Source: Owenia fusiformis
Lineage: Eukaryota
NCBI GenBank assembly: GCA_903813345.2
Contig: CAIIXF020000001.1
Span: 25,730,001 to 25,794,000 of the forward strand
Direction: 5' to 3'
Length of the DNA: 64,000 bases
Shown one piece after another: positions 38,001-49,685 of this stretch. Numbering within the stretch: position 1 is the stretch's first letter; each line of letters opens with the position of its first letter. The position numbers and the translations under genes were made by a program. Under the pieces are notes generated by a model that was not told the DNA's origin, searched no databases, and worked only from the letters and a program-made list of their open reading frames with translations.

Positions 38001-41000
38001 GTCCTTAAGTTGTTTTAACTTTCTACCTTGCACATAACAACTTCTTATTTTGAGTAAGGACACTTATTCTGACTCAGGAGGTTAACTTTTTTCACAACTC
38101 ATTAAAAATTGCAATTACAGGGTGTCTAATTTACCAAAAAAAAGAATATCAACAGCACAGTAAACCAATCAATATTTTCAAACATTTTCACATGGTCATG
38201 TATCCAAAGCATGTAAGTTTTCTCCTAAATGCTTTTAGTTCAGTCTTACCTTTTTGATGCTTTAACCCTCTACTTTTTACACCTCATGATCAATGTAACC
38301 TTCTCATGTTACCTCCACACACTTGTGATATCTGCATCATGCATTGATGATTTTCTGCATGCTGCATGCTCAGAGGTGATGTGCCTCAGAGATTTCAATG
38401 TTGGGTGAGCATTGATTTAGCTTAGTTAGTTCAGAGATTTATTAGCAATTTAAAATGTGTGAGATAGATTTGAACACTATTGCGAAGGAAAGTGTATAGT
38501 TAACAAAGATGTAATTATATACTAATGATATTCAGAATAATTAATAGACACAATGGATACTGTACAAGTTTTCCCAAGTACTCTTGACAAATGATACATA
38601 TTATTATGTAAACTAGAGCAAGAAGTAAAAGAAATCTAATCAGAAAAGTAAAAAATGGATGTTTAACAATTAGAAACACAGTATTTAACCATTGTTAGTT
38701 TGGATAGTATTACATGAAGTCTTTGCCCCCTCTATCACCAGAGTGAACTGTTAGTGATACTACATCACATGAAACTCATATTATGTGGTATATCTCACCT
38801 TTTCCTGTATAGCTACTGGTCCTATGTACAATCCTTTGTTTAGCACCAGACATACTGGACAGAGGTCGTTGAGTCCTACAATCAATTTCAACAATACAAT
38901 AAAGTACTATCAATAAACCTAAACAAAACAATAAAGTACTGTCAATCAACCTAAACAAAACAATAAAGTACTGTCAATCAACCTAAACAAAACAATAAAA
39001 TACTGTCAATCAACCTAAACAAAACAATAAAGTACTAATAATGGCTCCTGAACGTCTGACACATTGAAAGTATGCCAGTGCCATTCCTACAGAGAAATTC
39101 TACATATACGTTTGGCAATAGTATCATCAACTTACTTGCATGGAACCATGCCCATATCTGTGTACATATAGAACAGATGACTGATAACCAGTGGGTCAGC
39201 CATAATGTGGTTTATATCTGGTCGTTTATTAGGATCCAAATGGAGCATACTAAGAATCAAGGCCCTCAACTCTGGGCTGTATTGGTCAGATATAGGAGAA
39301 AATGTACCACGCATTATTTTCAATATTAATGCTGGAAGGTTCTGAAATAACAAATGCAACCTACCAGTGTGAACTTCCTATTTATATATTTATATACGAG
39401 GGTATATCATAAAGTTCTCATAATATCTCTCTAATTTTTTTATTTTTCAATATATTCTGATGAATTTTTCACAGAATGTGTAGTTTAGAATGCTGTATTA
39501 ATCTATCAAAAAATATTTGGTATAACAGAAATATTATTTAAGAAATGGTTGCCATAGTAACCAGAAATCAAGGCACCCGGGGCAAATAAGAAATCGTGCA
39601 GGAATAGCCCCAACTAACCATGTTTAAATGCATAATAAATTATCAAATAAGCTATGAAGCACATCAAATTGTTAAACACCATGTATTCTTGACTGTTTTG
39701 AACTATTATAATGGTCATGTGAATTGTGTGATCTCATAATGGATGATTGTAATGCTTCATTAGATGTGATGTTAGACGCTACAACTGTTTTATCAAATAT
39801 TCCAAGGAAAGTCGATTTTCCACTTTAGTTCATCTTAAATAAATAATAGACCACTCATAGGGTGTAATTATGTTGATATCTTTGCAACATATTTGTTTCA
39901 GATCATCTTTAGTATGAGAAAAGGATTTTTCTAACTAAACTAAACTTTTTATCAGTGTGAATATTATTTTTCTGATGATCCCTGCATCTATGCATTATCT
40001 TACTCAGTCATTTCTGATCATTAAGCTTTGATTCTCAGAGTCTGGTATCACATCTAATGAAGCATGAAAGCATCCCCTATGACACCACACAATCCACATG
40101 ATCAATTTATTTTATAGAAAAAAGCATTTAACAACATATTCAAGTTAACATTTTAATGTGTTTGGTAATTTATGAGAGTTTATTATGTATGTAAACAAGG
40201 TTAATTAAGCTCATTCTCTCAATTATTTTTATTTGCCCCGGGTGCCTTGATTTATGGTTACTATGGCAACCATTACTTATCTAATATTTCTGTTATACCA
40301 AATATCTTTTGATAGATTAATAAAGTATTCTATACTGCAATTTCTATGAAAATTTCATTAGATAATATTGAAAAATAAAAAAATTAGAGAGATATTATGA
40401 GAACTTTATGATATACCCTCGTATATACTTTTTTTTAATTCATTTTTTCTTACATTTTTGAGTAAATTAAATGCTTTTTATTTTTTCCAAATCAAAAATG
40501 ATGTAAAACTGAAAGAAAACATTTTCAAATGTATTGTCTAGTATTACTAAATACATAGAGAAAAAATATTGATCATGAATATAAACCTGAAAATATATTT
40601 TTATATTACCACTTGTAGGAGATCTTACCCCAGCTTCAAATGCACGTTTTAGACTAGCAAGTTCATATAGAACACACCCCAATGCCCATATGTCGCTCTT
40701 CTGGTTATATGGCTTCCCTTCACATAACTCAGGTGAAATATAGCAAGGTGTTCCAACAACCTAAATCAAAATATATTAAATGCATATAGAATATCTAAGT
40801 ACAAACGAAGTATGAGCAAACGGACACCTCTCTAAGGTGAATACTTGTTCTCATGTCATGTCAAATCTCAAACGGGTAACTGTTAGTTCAGTATTTTTTT
40901 ATGGTCAGAGATAATTGATTATGAAACTGACCAGCTTGTTGAAATTAGAAATTACAATGTAAATGGTAAACAAAGCACATTAAATGTATTAACTTACAGT

Positions 41001-44000
41001 ATATGCTTTACTTTTACTACTGAGTACTTTTGAGATTCCAAAATCGCCAATTTTGATAATTTCTCTCTTCCTGTCCAGCAGTATATTTTGGCTTTTCAGA
41101 TCTCTGTGTAAAATTTGTTTAGAATGGACGTGTTGAAGTGACAGCAGCATTTGGACAAAGTATCGGAGAATATCCTAAAATCAGAAAAAATGGCTGCATT
41201 GATTGTTGAAGAGTCGTCCTTGTGTTTTCAAATGACACCTTTTCTTATTTCTTTATTCTATTTATTGTTATGCTTATTGTTACTGGTGCAAGATGTCTAA
41301 ATTAAATGTGCAGACAATATTCACTTATCATATCTTAACTGTCAACCAACAGAAAAACATTGTTAATTTAAAAATAAGTATTTGTTATAAAGAGGCAACT
41401 GCTCCAAATGAACAAGATGATTTAAAAGATTGTTAGGTAATCATATTTGCCTCAAACATTTATATAAACTAGAACAACAACTCCATTGAGTACCAAATCC
41501 CAACGAACAAATTATAAATAAATCTGAAATACAGGGCCATGAAATACATGGTATATATGTAGACTAGATTATAGGTATATGTTGTGTGAATATACTACTA
41601 AAATATCAGTAATACCTATTGCTTTGGTTGAAAATGAAAAACAGATTTCCGTGAAAATGTCTCGCCAATATTTGAGAGGTGGCCATCTTAAATTAAATTG
41701 AAAACTATTCACCATTATACTAATGAAGAAAATCAGAACACTAATATTTAAGTTGATTTCTATATGGACGGAATGACTTACAAATGGACAGAGGGCTTCA
41801 CTTTATCCCAACTAAACTTTTAAAAGGGTAGTGCAGGATGGGAATTGCTGACCTTTTAAAATAATATTGTGAGAATATTTGATTTCAAATGTGTCACGCT
41901 GCTTATTAGGTAAATACTTTTTTCAGACTTTGATACTTTCAGAAAAAAGGTTTGCATCAAAATAAATTTTTAAAAAATTTGAGTCATTTATGATCAGAAT
42001 CATAAAGGCTTCTCTTTGAAATCCCAATTCATATTTACAATTTATATTTATATTTCTCAATTTATATTTGTCTTACATGCTCTTCTAAAAGCTGACCATT
42101 TCTTTGTTGTGTAAATTCAAACAATGTACCACCTAGAAAAAAGATGGGTGAAAATGATACATTGATACAATCATATTAGAAAACAGTACAGACTTGTCAT
42201 CCATGTTTCAAACAATAACACATGTACAAATGTAACTTCATTTGGAAATCATTTGAAGCCATTGTTTCTATTGTGAATACAAATATTTAATCATAAATAT
42301 TTGCCAGCAGTTCAAATGTTAATCGAAATGTCTGCAAAAGTTAAATGTAATTTAATACACAATTTTAATATTTTCATTTGATGACAAGACTGTCAGGATA
42401 AACACAGTGATTAGATTAAATGTGCTCTGCCATTCAAAATCTTAACTCAATATGTAAGATGTGCATTATTACTCAAAGTGCAATAAACTCATTTAAAGCA
42501 TGACTACAAGTCAATGTTATTTACTTACAATACATTTACAGTAACATAGTCAATACAGATATGCTCTATAAAATGTTTATGTACCTACCTTGAGCATATT
42601 CCATAACTATCATAAGAGCTTTATCCTCAAGAAAATTTTCATAATACTCAATAATGTTTGGGTGATCCAACATAGACAGGACCTTGACCTCATTTAGTGC
42701 AGCCTGGCGTTCCTCTTTAGTCATTTGCTCCACAGGTATCTGCTTAATGATGATCAGTTTTTTATCACTTAATCTCCTACACAAGAACACCGTGCTAGAA
42801 ATATAAAGAGTTAAAATCAGATCACATAAAGCCTAAATGCTTCTAAAAACCCTGCATTACTGGTAGGTTTATCAAAGGATTTTTTGCATTTTGCCCTTCC
42901 ATTTCTTCATTCCCAATGCACATGTGCTTAGGATAATTCAAAAATTTTCCCAAAATTTTCAACAATGTATGACATTTGCTGTGGTCTGTGGTATTTTTGT
43001 CATTTAGAGAAAAAAATGACAATCTCAAAATATGAGCCTTATTCATAGTACTGCTCTCAAAAACTGTTATGCTACTTAATTTGGCACTATCTAATATTAC
43101 CAATTTGTCAAAATCAGAAAATTGGTGGAGATTTAATTTGGCGAATTTAGCAGGTCTAAATACCTGTGAGATACCTCAAACTGTGTGACTAGAAGAAATA
43201 CCAGACATCTTGTCCTTTCTTGTACTTCCCTCGTTGTGGCTCACTAGAGAGTGCTCCCTAGACTATATCCTATTTAGTCTGAATTATATTCAGACTATAA
43301 GGCACCTATGTTAAAGTTTGGTAATATGAAATATTTGTTTACATAGGAAGTGCTATTCAAAATGGCCGATTGGTAAAATTAATTTGAACATTTGTTACTT
43401 CAACTAGCTTTATTTCCACTTGACAATATGCTGTGTTACTTTTTATTGCATTTAATTGTACCTTACTATTTAATTGAAATTTTGTAATGTTCATTTTATT
43501 GAAAGAATGGTTCCTCTAATTGATAATTTTGTGCAAAAAATTTCACTGCAATTTCCACAGGAAAGTAGTACATCATAACAGACTGACTTCTAGTCAGTCT
43601 GTTGGATACATACTAGAGTGCTCCCCCTTCTGACCCAAGTCAGAATCAACATATTTCACGTCTTAATTCAATTCAGTGTTTGAAAAATTTCAAAAATTGC
43701 AGAATAACTGAGTGGGCATGCGTGGGCAGACAAAAAACGGAAACTTGGGATTCCCGTGGATTTTTTCTTAAAAATTGGCAGGGGCATGAATGCAAATAGC
43801 CAAATTAAAACAGCCACCGAAATTAAGTGGGATAACAGTAACAGTGAATAAACGAACAATATAGATGGAGATATGAACTCACATTCTAGACAGAGATACA
43901 CAAAGGAATGTAAATATAAGCATATTCATAAATAACAAGTGAGAAAAACCACAAGTGAAAACACGTAAGTGGCTTCATAGCTCAGGCCAGAATAAAGAAA

Positions 44001-45507
44001 CCAGACCCATAGCTACTGGCCAGGAGGGAGCTAGAGGGGAAGCTTCTTGGCCAGATACATGTATACAGAAATCATGCAGTTTTTCACCATTCTGAGCACT
44101 TATGGCATGAATTTTTAGCTACGGGCAAGTAGGACATTGAATGACGTCATTTGTCTGTTGATTTGACCAATCAGCGAAGATGTTTTCTCAATACACATTT
44201 ACATTATCGAGATATGTCTTCTCTGAATCCATGGGTTTCCCCTAGACTGTATCCTTCGTCTGAATAAATATTCAGACTGTAAGTCACCTATTGTAAAATG
44301 TGGTGTCGTATAAATATTACAAATAAGTTTGTTTAATGATAAAATGATTACCTTATGAAGAACTCACAATATTATTTTTTCGTATATTGTCCTCTTACTG
44401 AAGATATTCATAAAATGTACAGACGCTTCTTGTAGCGAAGCCATTGATTAGGTCAAGCCATTTTGGCAATGCCAATTCTCACGATAAACGAGATTTAGCC
44501 AGTGACGTCAGTCTATTTGTAAACAAATAACACGTGGAGCGGGAGCAACATTACGGAAGCGTATTGCTAAATTCCATTTGTGCGGGAATTTATTAGATCT
44601 AGTCATTTATTATCATTATCCCGATTAATTTTCTTCATTTATAGTAAATAGAGCGGAAATATTCATGAAGAAGGCCGAGGTAATCAAGTGGTCATGTGTT
44701 GTCAAAGTTCAAAATTTGCATATCTCGTTTGGATCTCGTGAACTCAAACGTCCTTGACATTGATTTCGCGATCTACTTATGAACACATCCTGAAGTTTCG
44801 GTGAGTCTGAACATTTCATTATTTTATATCAACTTGTACCCGCCTTATACAAATATTTTTGCTTCTAGTTTAAGATGAACATCTCTTCAACATATTCACC
44901 AATTTTCAAGGTGAACATTCTTATAATAAACGAGAAATTAATGTGCAAAAAATATCACCGCGATTTCCATAGGAAATATATCAATCATAACAGACCGAAT
45001 ATTATATTCGGTCTGTTGGATACATACTAGGGTTTCCCCTCTTCACCCTAGACTATATCCTATTCAGTCTGAATTATATTCAGACTATAAGGCACCTATG
45101 TTAAAGTTTGGTAATTTATAATATTTGTTTACATAGGAAGTGCTATTAAAAATGGCCGATTTGGTAAAATTAATTTGCACATTTTTACTTCAACTAGCCT
45201 TATTTCCACTTGACAATATGCTGTGTTACTTTTTATTGCATTTAATTGTACCTTACTAATTAATTGAAAATTTGGAATGCTTATTTTATTGAAGAAATGG
45301 TTCCTCTAATTGATAATTTTGTGCAAAAAATTTCACTGCAATTTCCACAGGAAAGTAGTACATCATAACAGACTGACTTCTAGTCAGTCTGTTGGATACA
45401 TACTACTCTTCACCCTCTTCTGTTGATTGAACCTTTGAAAAAATAAAAATACAGTCTCACCCATATGCTCCTCTTCCAACCACTCGAATCTTTTCATACT
45501 TGTCCAT
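26001..45507 (-). CDS. NEK8: Serine/threonine kinase NEK8 (NIMA kinase domain plus RCC1 repeats), about 700 aa, 16 coding exons
   Basis: Exons 45507-45461, 42794-42589, 42132-42077, 41174-40998, 40760-40629, 39341-39136, 38875-38799, 34543-34344, 34127-33986, 33324-33248, 33041-32924, 31056-30906, 30508-30357, 30141-29986, 29185-29018, 26038-26001 (last exon least certain). Motifs: [36 protein letters not shown]1-type WGRGDNGRLG and [10 protein letters not shown]. All junctions are GT-AG and in frame (2103 nt). Confidence 0.93.
26782..28272 (+). mobile_element. Helentron-associated non-autonomous element (HINE/DINE-1-like) in the last NEK8 intron
   Basis: 5' palindrome TAGACTCCAGAT-TGAAA-ATCTGGAGTCTA, TTC/TTA microsatellite, internal tandem blocks, TCCTA microsatellite, 3' subterminal IR ATCTGGAGTCT followed by hairpin GAAATTGAACTTCGTTCAATTTC and CTAGTT. 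Confidence 0.75.
28395..29050 (-). repeat. 50/51-bp minisatellite (101-bp dimer) derived from the NEK8 exon-15/intron-15 junction
   Basis: About 13 units resembling GATATTTGACTTACGTTTGGCAGCTAAGAGTGTTATCCCATGGCTG, the plus-strand sequence of the exon end and donor site. Confidence 0.85.
30542..30748. mobile_element. Internally deleted, inverted copy of the 16346-16769 element
   Basis: Ends CAAACTCCC / GGGAGTTCG, same subterminal hairpins, 9-bp TSD TTAGATATG. Confidence 0.8.
35582..37333 (+). CDS. Intronless DEG/ENaC-family amiloride-sensitive channel subunit (FaNaC-like), 583 aa, nested antisense in NEK8 intron 7
   Basis: Pre-TM1 TTAHG motif, TM1 [24 protein letters not shown], Cys-rich thumb, [11 protein letters not shown]2 [20 protein letters not shown] with GxS filter; one uninterrupted ORF. 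Confidence 0.95.
   Translation: MALPTASTHSSKETNHLDSILEDGKLEKTFLDFSGKTTAHGCGQIAKAKYKILKLIWMVIFFGALSFATYSSGIMFMKYYKYPTKDVVSLTYDDLEFPSVTFCNLQPFALSSTITFSPDDILGPNNTLTALLQFMFNVRSIFINPNKLGLGDMFQRYLNRIISYQFVYENVNAYETEPYVHDLKNFLIGCTFKGEQCNRSMFVLQKDSHYHNCYTFNGIGSNNFNKNVSKTDPGSGLSLVVFTDTYTDTLTSDPGVIYNPSDPTSGNNGIRVIVHSPKTRPAPVDKGFDVPNGFSTTVALRATRRTLLTEPHGDCTTDASNKGTEYRYTTDICYEQCHQDIITQKCGCKSSHFIPPRNETGFQYCGKLNITNLLSGDDTSKESILEDFTHLECEKSVIDTFWSNVTMVSKCNCRPPCNSTYYIKTTSQAVWPNEFTQQSFYKTYVNITDSTARPNILFQGLTPKEIKDRGLIQKNFLRLNIYFEDLQVEETSQEADYPITQVISDIGGNMGFYVGVSVITLVEFLSLIGALLLIFFKSCIKAGGKLREAKVSDVNIQPAHSLENKLGAQYTYEYKSYNDMISR
38890..39038. repeat. 32-bp tandem repeat (about 4 copies) next to the NEK8 exon-7 acceptor
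   Basis: ATAAAGTACTGTCAATCAACCTAAACAAAACA repeated. Confidence 0.85.
39397..40421. mobile_element. Mariner-like foldback MITE in NEK8 intron 5
   Basis: TA|CGAGGGTATATCATAAAGTTCTCATAATATCTCTC ... GAGAGATATTATGAGAACTTTATGATATACCCTCG|TA, with inverted arms of several hundred bp. Confidence 0.88.
43259..43615 (+). mobile_element. AcademH-like non-autonomous element, 357 bp
   Basis: TAG...CTA termini (TAGACTATATCC / GGATACATACTA), subterminal hairpins, 10-bp TSD GAGTGCTCCC; near-identical to 45049-45405. Confidence 0.75.
44243..45029 (+). mobile_element. AcademH-like non-autonomous element, 787 bp
   Basis: TAGACTGTATCC / GGATACATACTA termini, the same hairpin architecture, 10-bp TSD GGGTTTCCCC. 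Confidence 0.75.
45049..45405 (+). mobile_element. AcademH-like non-autonomous element, 357 bp
   Basis: Near-identical to 43259-43615; 10-bp TSD CTCTTCACCC. Confidence 0.75.
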
Positions 45508-46204
45508 ATTGACTACTTAGTGTAAAACCTTGTAATGATTACTAAATCCCGGCATATGTAAGAGCCACATGACTTTTATTCAATTTTATTTGAGCGAGTT
45601 GTAGAAAATCAACAAAATCAAAACTTTTCAACATTTTCTCCGATGAGAAAACAATATCACTTTTGATAACCCAATATTTCTTCTCACAATTTTAGTCACA
45701 ACTATTTTACATTATTATTGTCAAAACAAGAATTATATAAGATTTTATTTATTACACCGTTAATGATGTAAATCACTGAGATGAATGACCAATAAATCAT
45801 GCTATTTTATTCAGTCCGGTTATAACAATCTGGTTCTATTTTATATTTATAGATGTCACCCAAGAAAAACAAACTTGGACACATAACTTGATTCACTTTC
45901 CATTTACCACCTGAGTGATAAATCCTAAGTGGCACATTGATTAGTTATCTAATATTTGATGATTAAAAAATTTGAACTTTTATTTGAAAAATGGTGGGAG
46001 CTGACAACTTTTTTTCAATATTTGTAAAGGTTTTAATGGTGAAAATTAATGCATTCAATCAATCAAAAGTTTTTTCAACGTATCATTAAGTATTAGTTCA
46101 TATACCTTTTTGTGTACGATTTTATGTATACTAGTAATCTAAATCAAATCAGACATGCATGTGTAGGCATACCTTTTTACCATGATTACTGATGTTCATA
46201 AACA

Positions 46205-46634
46205 CAGGCCTGTCAACTGTCCCGCAATTTGCGTATTTGTCACGCATTTGCTGAAGAATTTGAAGTCACGCCAGTTTTTTTTGCGTGACAGAAAATGTCA
46301 CGCAAATACGCATTTTCCCTGGTAATTGTCACGCAAAAATATTTCTGTAGAAATTTTTTCGAAATATGTTTACGATACGGTAAAAATACGAACGTCTGAA
46401 AAAAACCGAACGCAATTTGTTCGGATTTGTCACGCGAATCCCGTATATGTCACGCATGTTCATTGGAAAAATTTGAGGTGATCAAAGTTTGGCAAAGGTG
46501 CTCAAACTTTGGCCAAAGGTGTTTAAAAGTTGGCCAAAGGTGTTCAAAATTTGGACAAAAGTGTTCAGATTTGGACTTAGGTGTCCAACATTTTGAAGTC
46601 ACTCATATTAGGTGGTCCCAAGTTGACAGCCCTG
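46205..46634. mobile_element. hAT-like MITE
   Basis: CAGGCCTGTCAACT / AGTTGACAGCCCTG termini, repeated TGTCACGCA subterminal motifs, TAAACA on both flanks. Confidence 0.7.
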
Positions 46635-47495
46635 TAAACATGATAAATGATGCGTAAATTTACACTACTGGAGAATTATAGTATGATGTAATTCATGAGA
46701 TGTCCATAATAAACGAGATGGGACCTCTAGCCAAAGCTAATTTAAAGGGTTCCGATAAGCATCCCGTATAAAAACAATATGGCGGCTCCAGGCGAATCGA
46801 CTGGATCAGTCCATTTTTAAGAAATAAGGGGACTTCTGTAAAATCCAGTTTATTGAAATTGTCTTTGAGATAAAGTAATCCGTTTATAATGATTTTGAAA
46901 ACATTATCCATAGAGTGATTGCGTTCAAAGAATATGTACAACACCCAATACTAAATCCTTGTATTAGAACTGCTTTGTTTCATTTGTAGGATATTTCATA
47001 TACCAAGCTGTGTGCTATTACGTTATGGGGAAATTTAGATGTCAATTTTTCCTTATTATACACAAATAGAAGATCCTGAAACTTCACCCATAAATGTGGA
47101 ATTGATTTGTCAAAATAAAAATCACCGTTTTATAAATATGTGACGATCTATAATATACTTATGCTATATAACAGTTAGAAGTGTTGACACAACGACCTCG
47201 AGCCTGTGAACCCTTGAGTATTATTCCGGGATCGGGCCTTTTATACTAAACGGTGAGCAACACTAGAAACGAGCGTTCGATTTGCTAAACGATATGCGTC
47301 ACCCTTTAATATCTAATAATGAATATCATGTTAATTAAAAGCGCAACGCTTTGTAATGTATAGAATAGTGCAAATCGATAAAACATGATTAGAAAATCAG
47401 ATTTTGACAGATTTGTTCATACGCCACCAATTATCAATATGGAATTCTAACATTGAAAATTTCAGATTTCTAAAATGTTACACATTTGGTACGTT

Positions 47496-48684
47496 TGTGG
47501 AAGCCCAACTGTTCTGTGCTACCCAAGTGTTCTGACTCTTGCCCAACTGTTCTGACAACCCAAGTGTTCCGAGATCGCTTATTTTATCATATCTTATAAT
47601 AGACAAGATGCGAGTCGAAAATATCTTGACTTACGTCAATAAATATTCAAAATTCAGTCAAAGTGATGTCATATTTGAAATCTATCATGTAAAAATACAT
47701 CTGAAAATATGGTTTCAAAAATTGTTTATCAACTTTGAAAATTTAATATTTTTTGAAAATGTGATTCCAGTTCGGGTTGATTCCCCATAGACCCCATCAA
47801 AATCACAAAAAGTGAAATATCTTTTCTTGTATTGGACATATAACATTTTCTTTTACTGGACATACTTTAGTTTGCATAACCATTCGATACATAAAGGCTA
47901 TATAAGAATTGAACCACTAAAACAGATGTAATTTAAGTTAAAGGAAGCTTTCTACTATACCCGCCATGCTATCTGACCCGAGCGAGCCACCTGGTGGTGA
48001 AACTGGTAACTACCTACTCGTATTTGCGTTATTCACAAGAGAGGGTGCAAAAAATAAAAGTTTGCTGGAAAAATGCCACGATGAAAAAAGAGAGTCCTAA
48101 AATGTTGGCTTGTTGAAAGTTTTGACCCCAGTTTTTTTAAATCGGTGCCCATTTTCCAAAAATGCTGAAATTGACACCTGGTGTAAAAGAAATTATGGTC
48201 CCCTGGGGATAATGGTCCCCTTACCTTACGGCCCTAACTGGCCCTGACTGTGTATAAATAATAAGGAAAATAATTGTAATTAGGTCACCATATAAATCAA
48301 TAGAGAGTAGGACCAAAAGGACCACCTACCCTTTTACACCGGCCTATGAATATATTGATATATTCTGTCTAAATATTCTATTGCTCAGGAGTGTCCCATG
48401 GTGGAAAAGTCGAACAACCGGGCCTTTTACATTCCCCAATGGGTACACTGTTAGTTTATATGAATAAATGGAAAGCCTTTTGTGCACGAGGCAGCCACAT
48501 TATTAGTGGTTTCATTAGCCTAGTTTCAAGTCACCTCTGTAGAAACCTAAAATTGATATTAGAAATTGAAAATCACCGTATCAAGTTTATTTGATAAAAT
48601 AAGTAAACCCGGAATACCTTGGCCAAGTCAGAATACTTGGGCAACTGGAATACTTGGGTAGCCCAGAACATTTGGAGCTTCACA
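47496..48684. mobile_element. TIR element with CCCAAGTGTTC subterminal repeats
   Basis: TGTGGAAGCCCAACTGTTCTG with repeated CCCAA(G/C)TGTTC on the left; inverted GAATACTTGGG repeats and CAGAACATTTGGAGCTTCACA on the right; TACGTT in both flanks. Confidence 0.6.
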
Positions 48685-49685
48685 TACGTTTATACATCTA
48701 TCAGTTTATAGTGTCCCAAAAGTGATGGTAATCATTGGAATATGGATTAGGGAATTGGTGTCATGTAAAAGCTGGATTGAAGCAGGAGTTTACAAAATAT
48801 GGAATTTCCTTTAGGATCATTTGCCATTGCTCTCTTACAATTAAAGTTGAATTAGTTATGAATTATCAGATTATTGTTTTAATTGACTTTTTGCCCATGG
48901 GCCTTTGATTAGGTTTTTACCATTTAGTTTTGGTAAACTTTCTCAGTTATGATGGAATCTTCATGAATTTTGTTACATAATATTCACTCCGCGAAACAGC
49001 GTATAACTTCAAAACATCAACAACTTTGAAATCATGGAGTTTTATTCTGTTGTATGTCTAGGCACAGGCACGATTTAATCTCGAGTCTGATGCTACGTAC
49101 ATGATGTAAGGTATTGTATGTACACCATGATCTCATGCTATACTGAAGATTTCACCTTCATTGACAATGATTGAGGAAGTTATTTCAAAATTAGATAACA
49201 TAGTTTGTCGCATTGTACATGTAGCTGGATGCAAGAGCGCTACCCCAAAAAATTGAGTCATATTGAGGATATTATCATTTTATTTTCTAGTACTAGTTTA
49301 CTGTTTACCAGTAATATTTTAACAATTGAATATGACTGGGAAAATGACAGGAATGCTCTTTACCGGAAACTTTTCACTATTTAGTGAGTATAAACATATG
49401 TTTAAGGACAAAGATATAAGACTTCATTACTATTACAGTAACAGTATGTTGATTTCAAGCTCATAGAATGGAACACATATGAAGCTCCATTGTTACAATG
49501 TTTGCAGAATATATACTGATCACAGAATTTCATATTTTTCAATTTTTTTTAATCCACGCTTTATTGAACTGCAATTTAACAAGCAATTTCAATCAAATAT
49601 AGTGGTGGTGTTTTATATTTTTTTAGGTTTAGTCACTAAAATGTTTGCTTGTTGTACAGTCTCAGGTGGTGATGGCACTGGCAGA

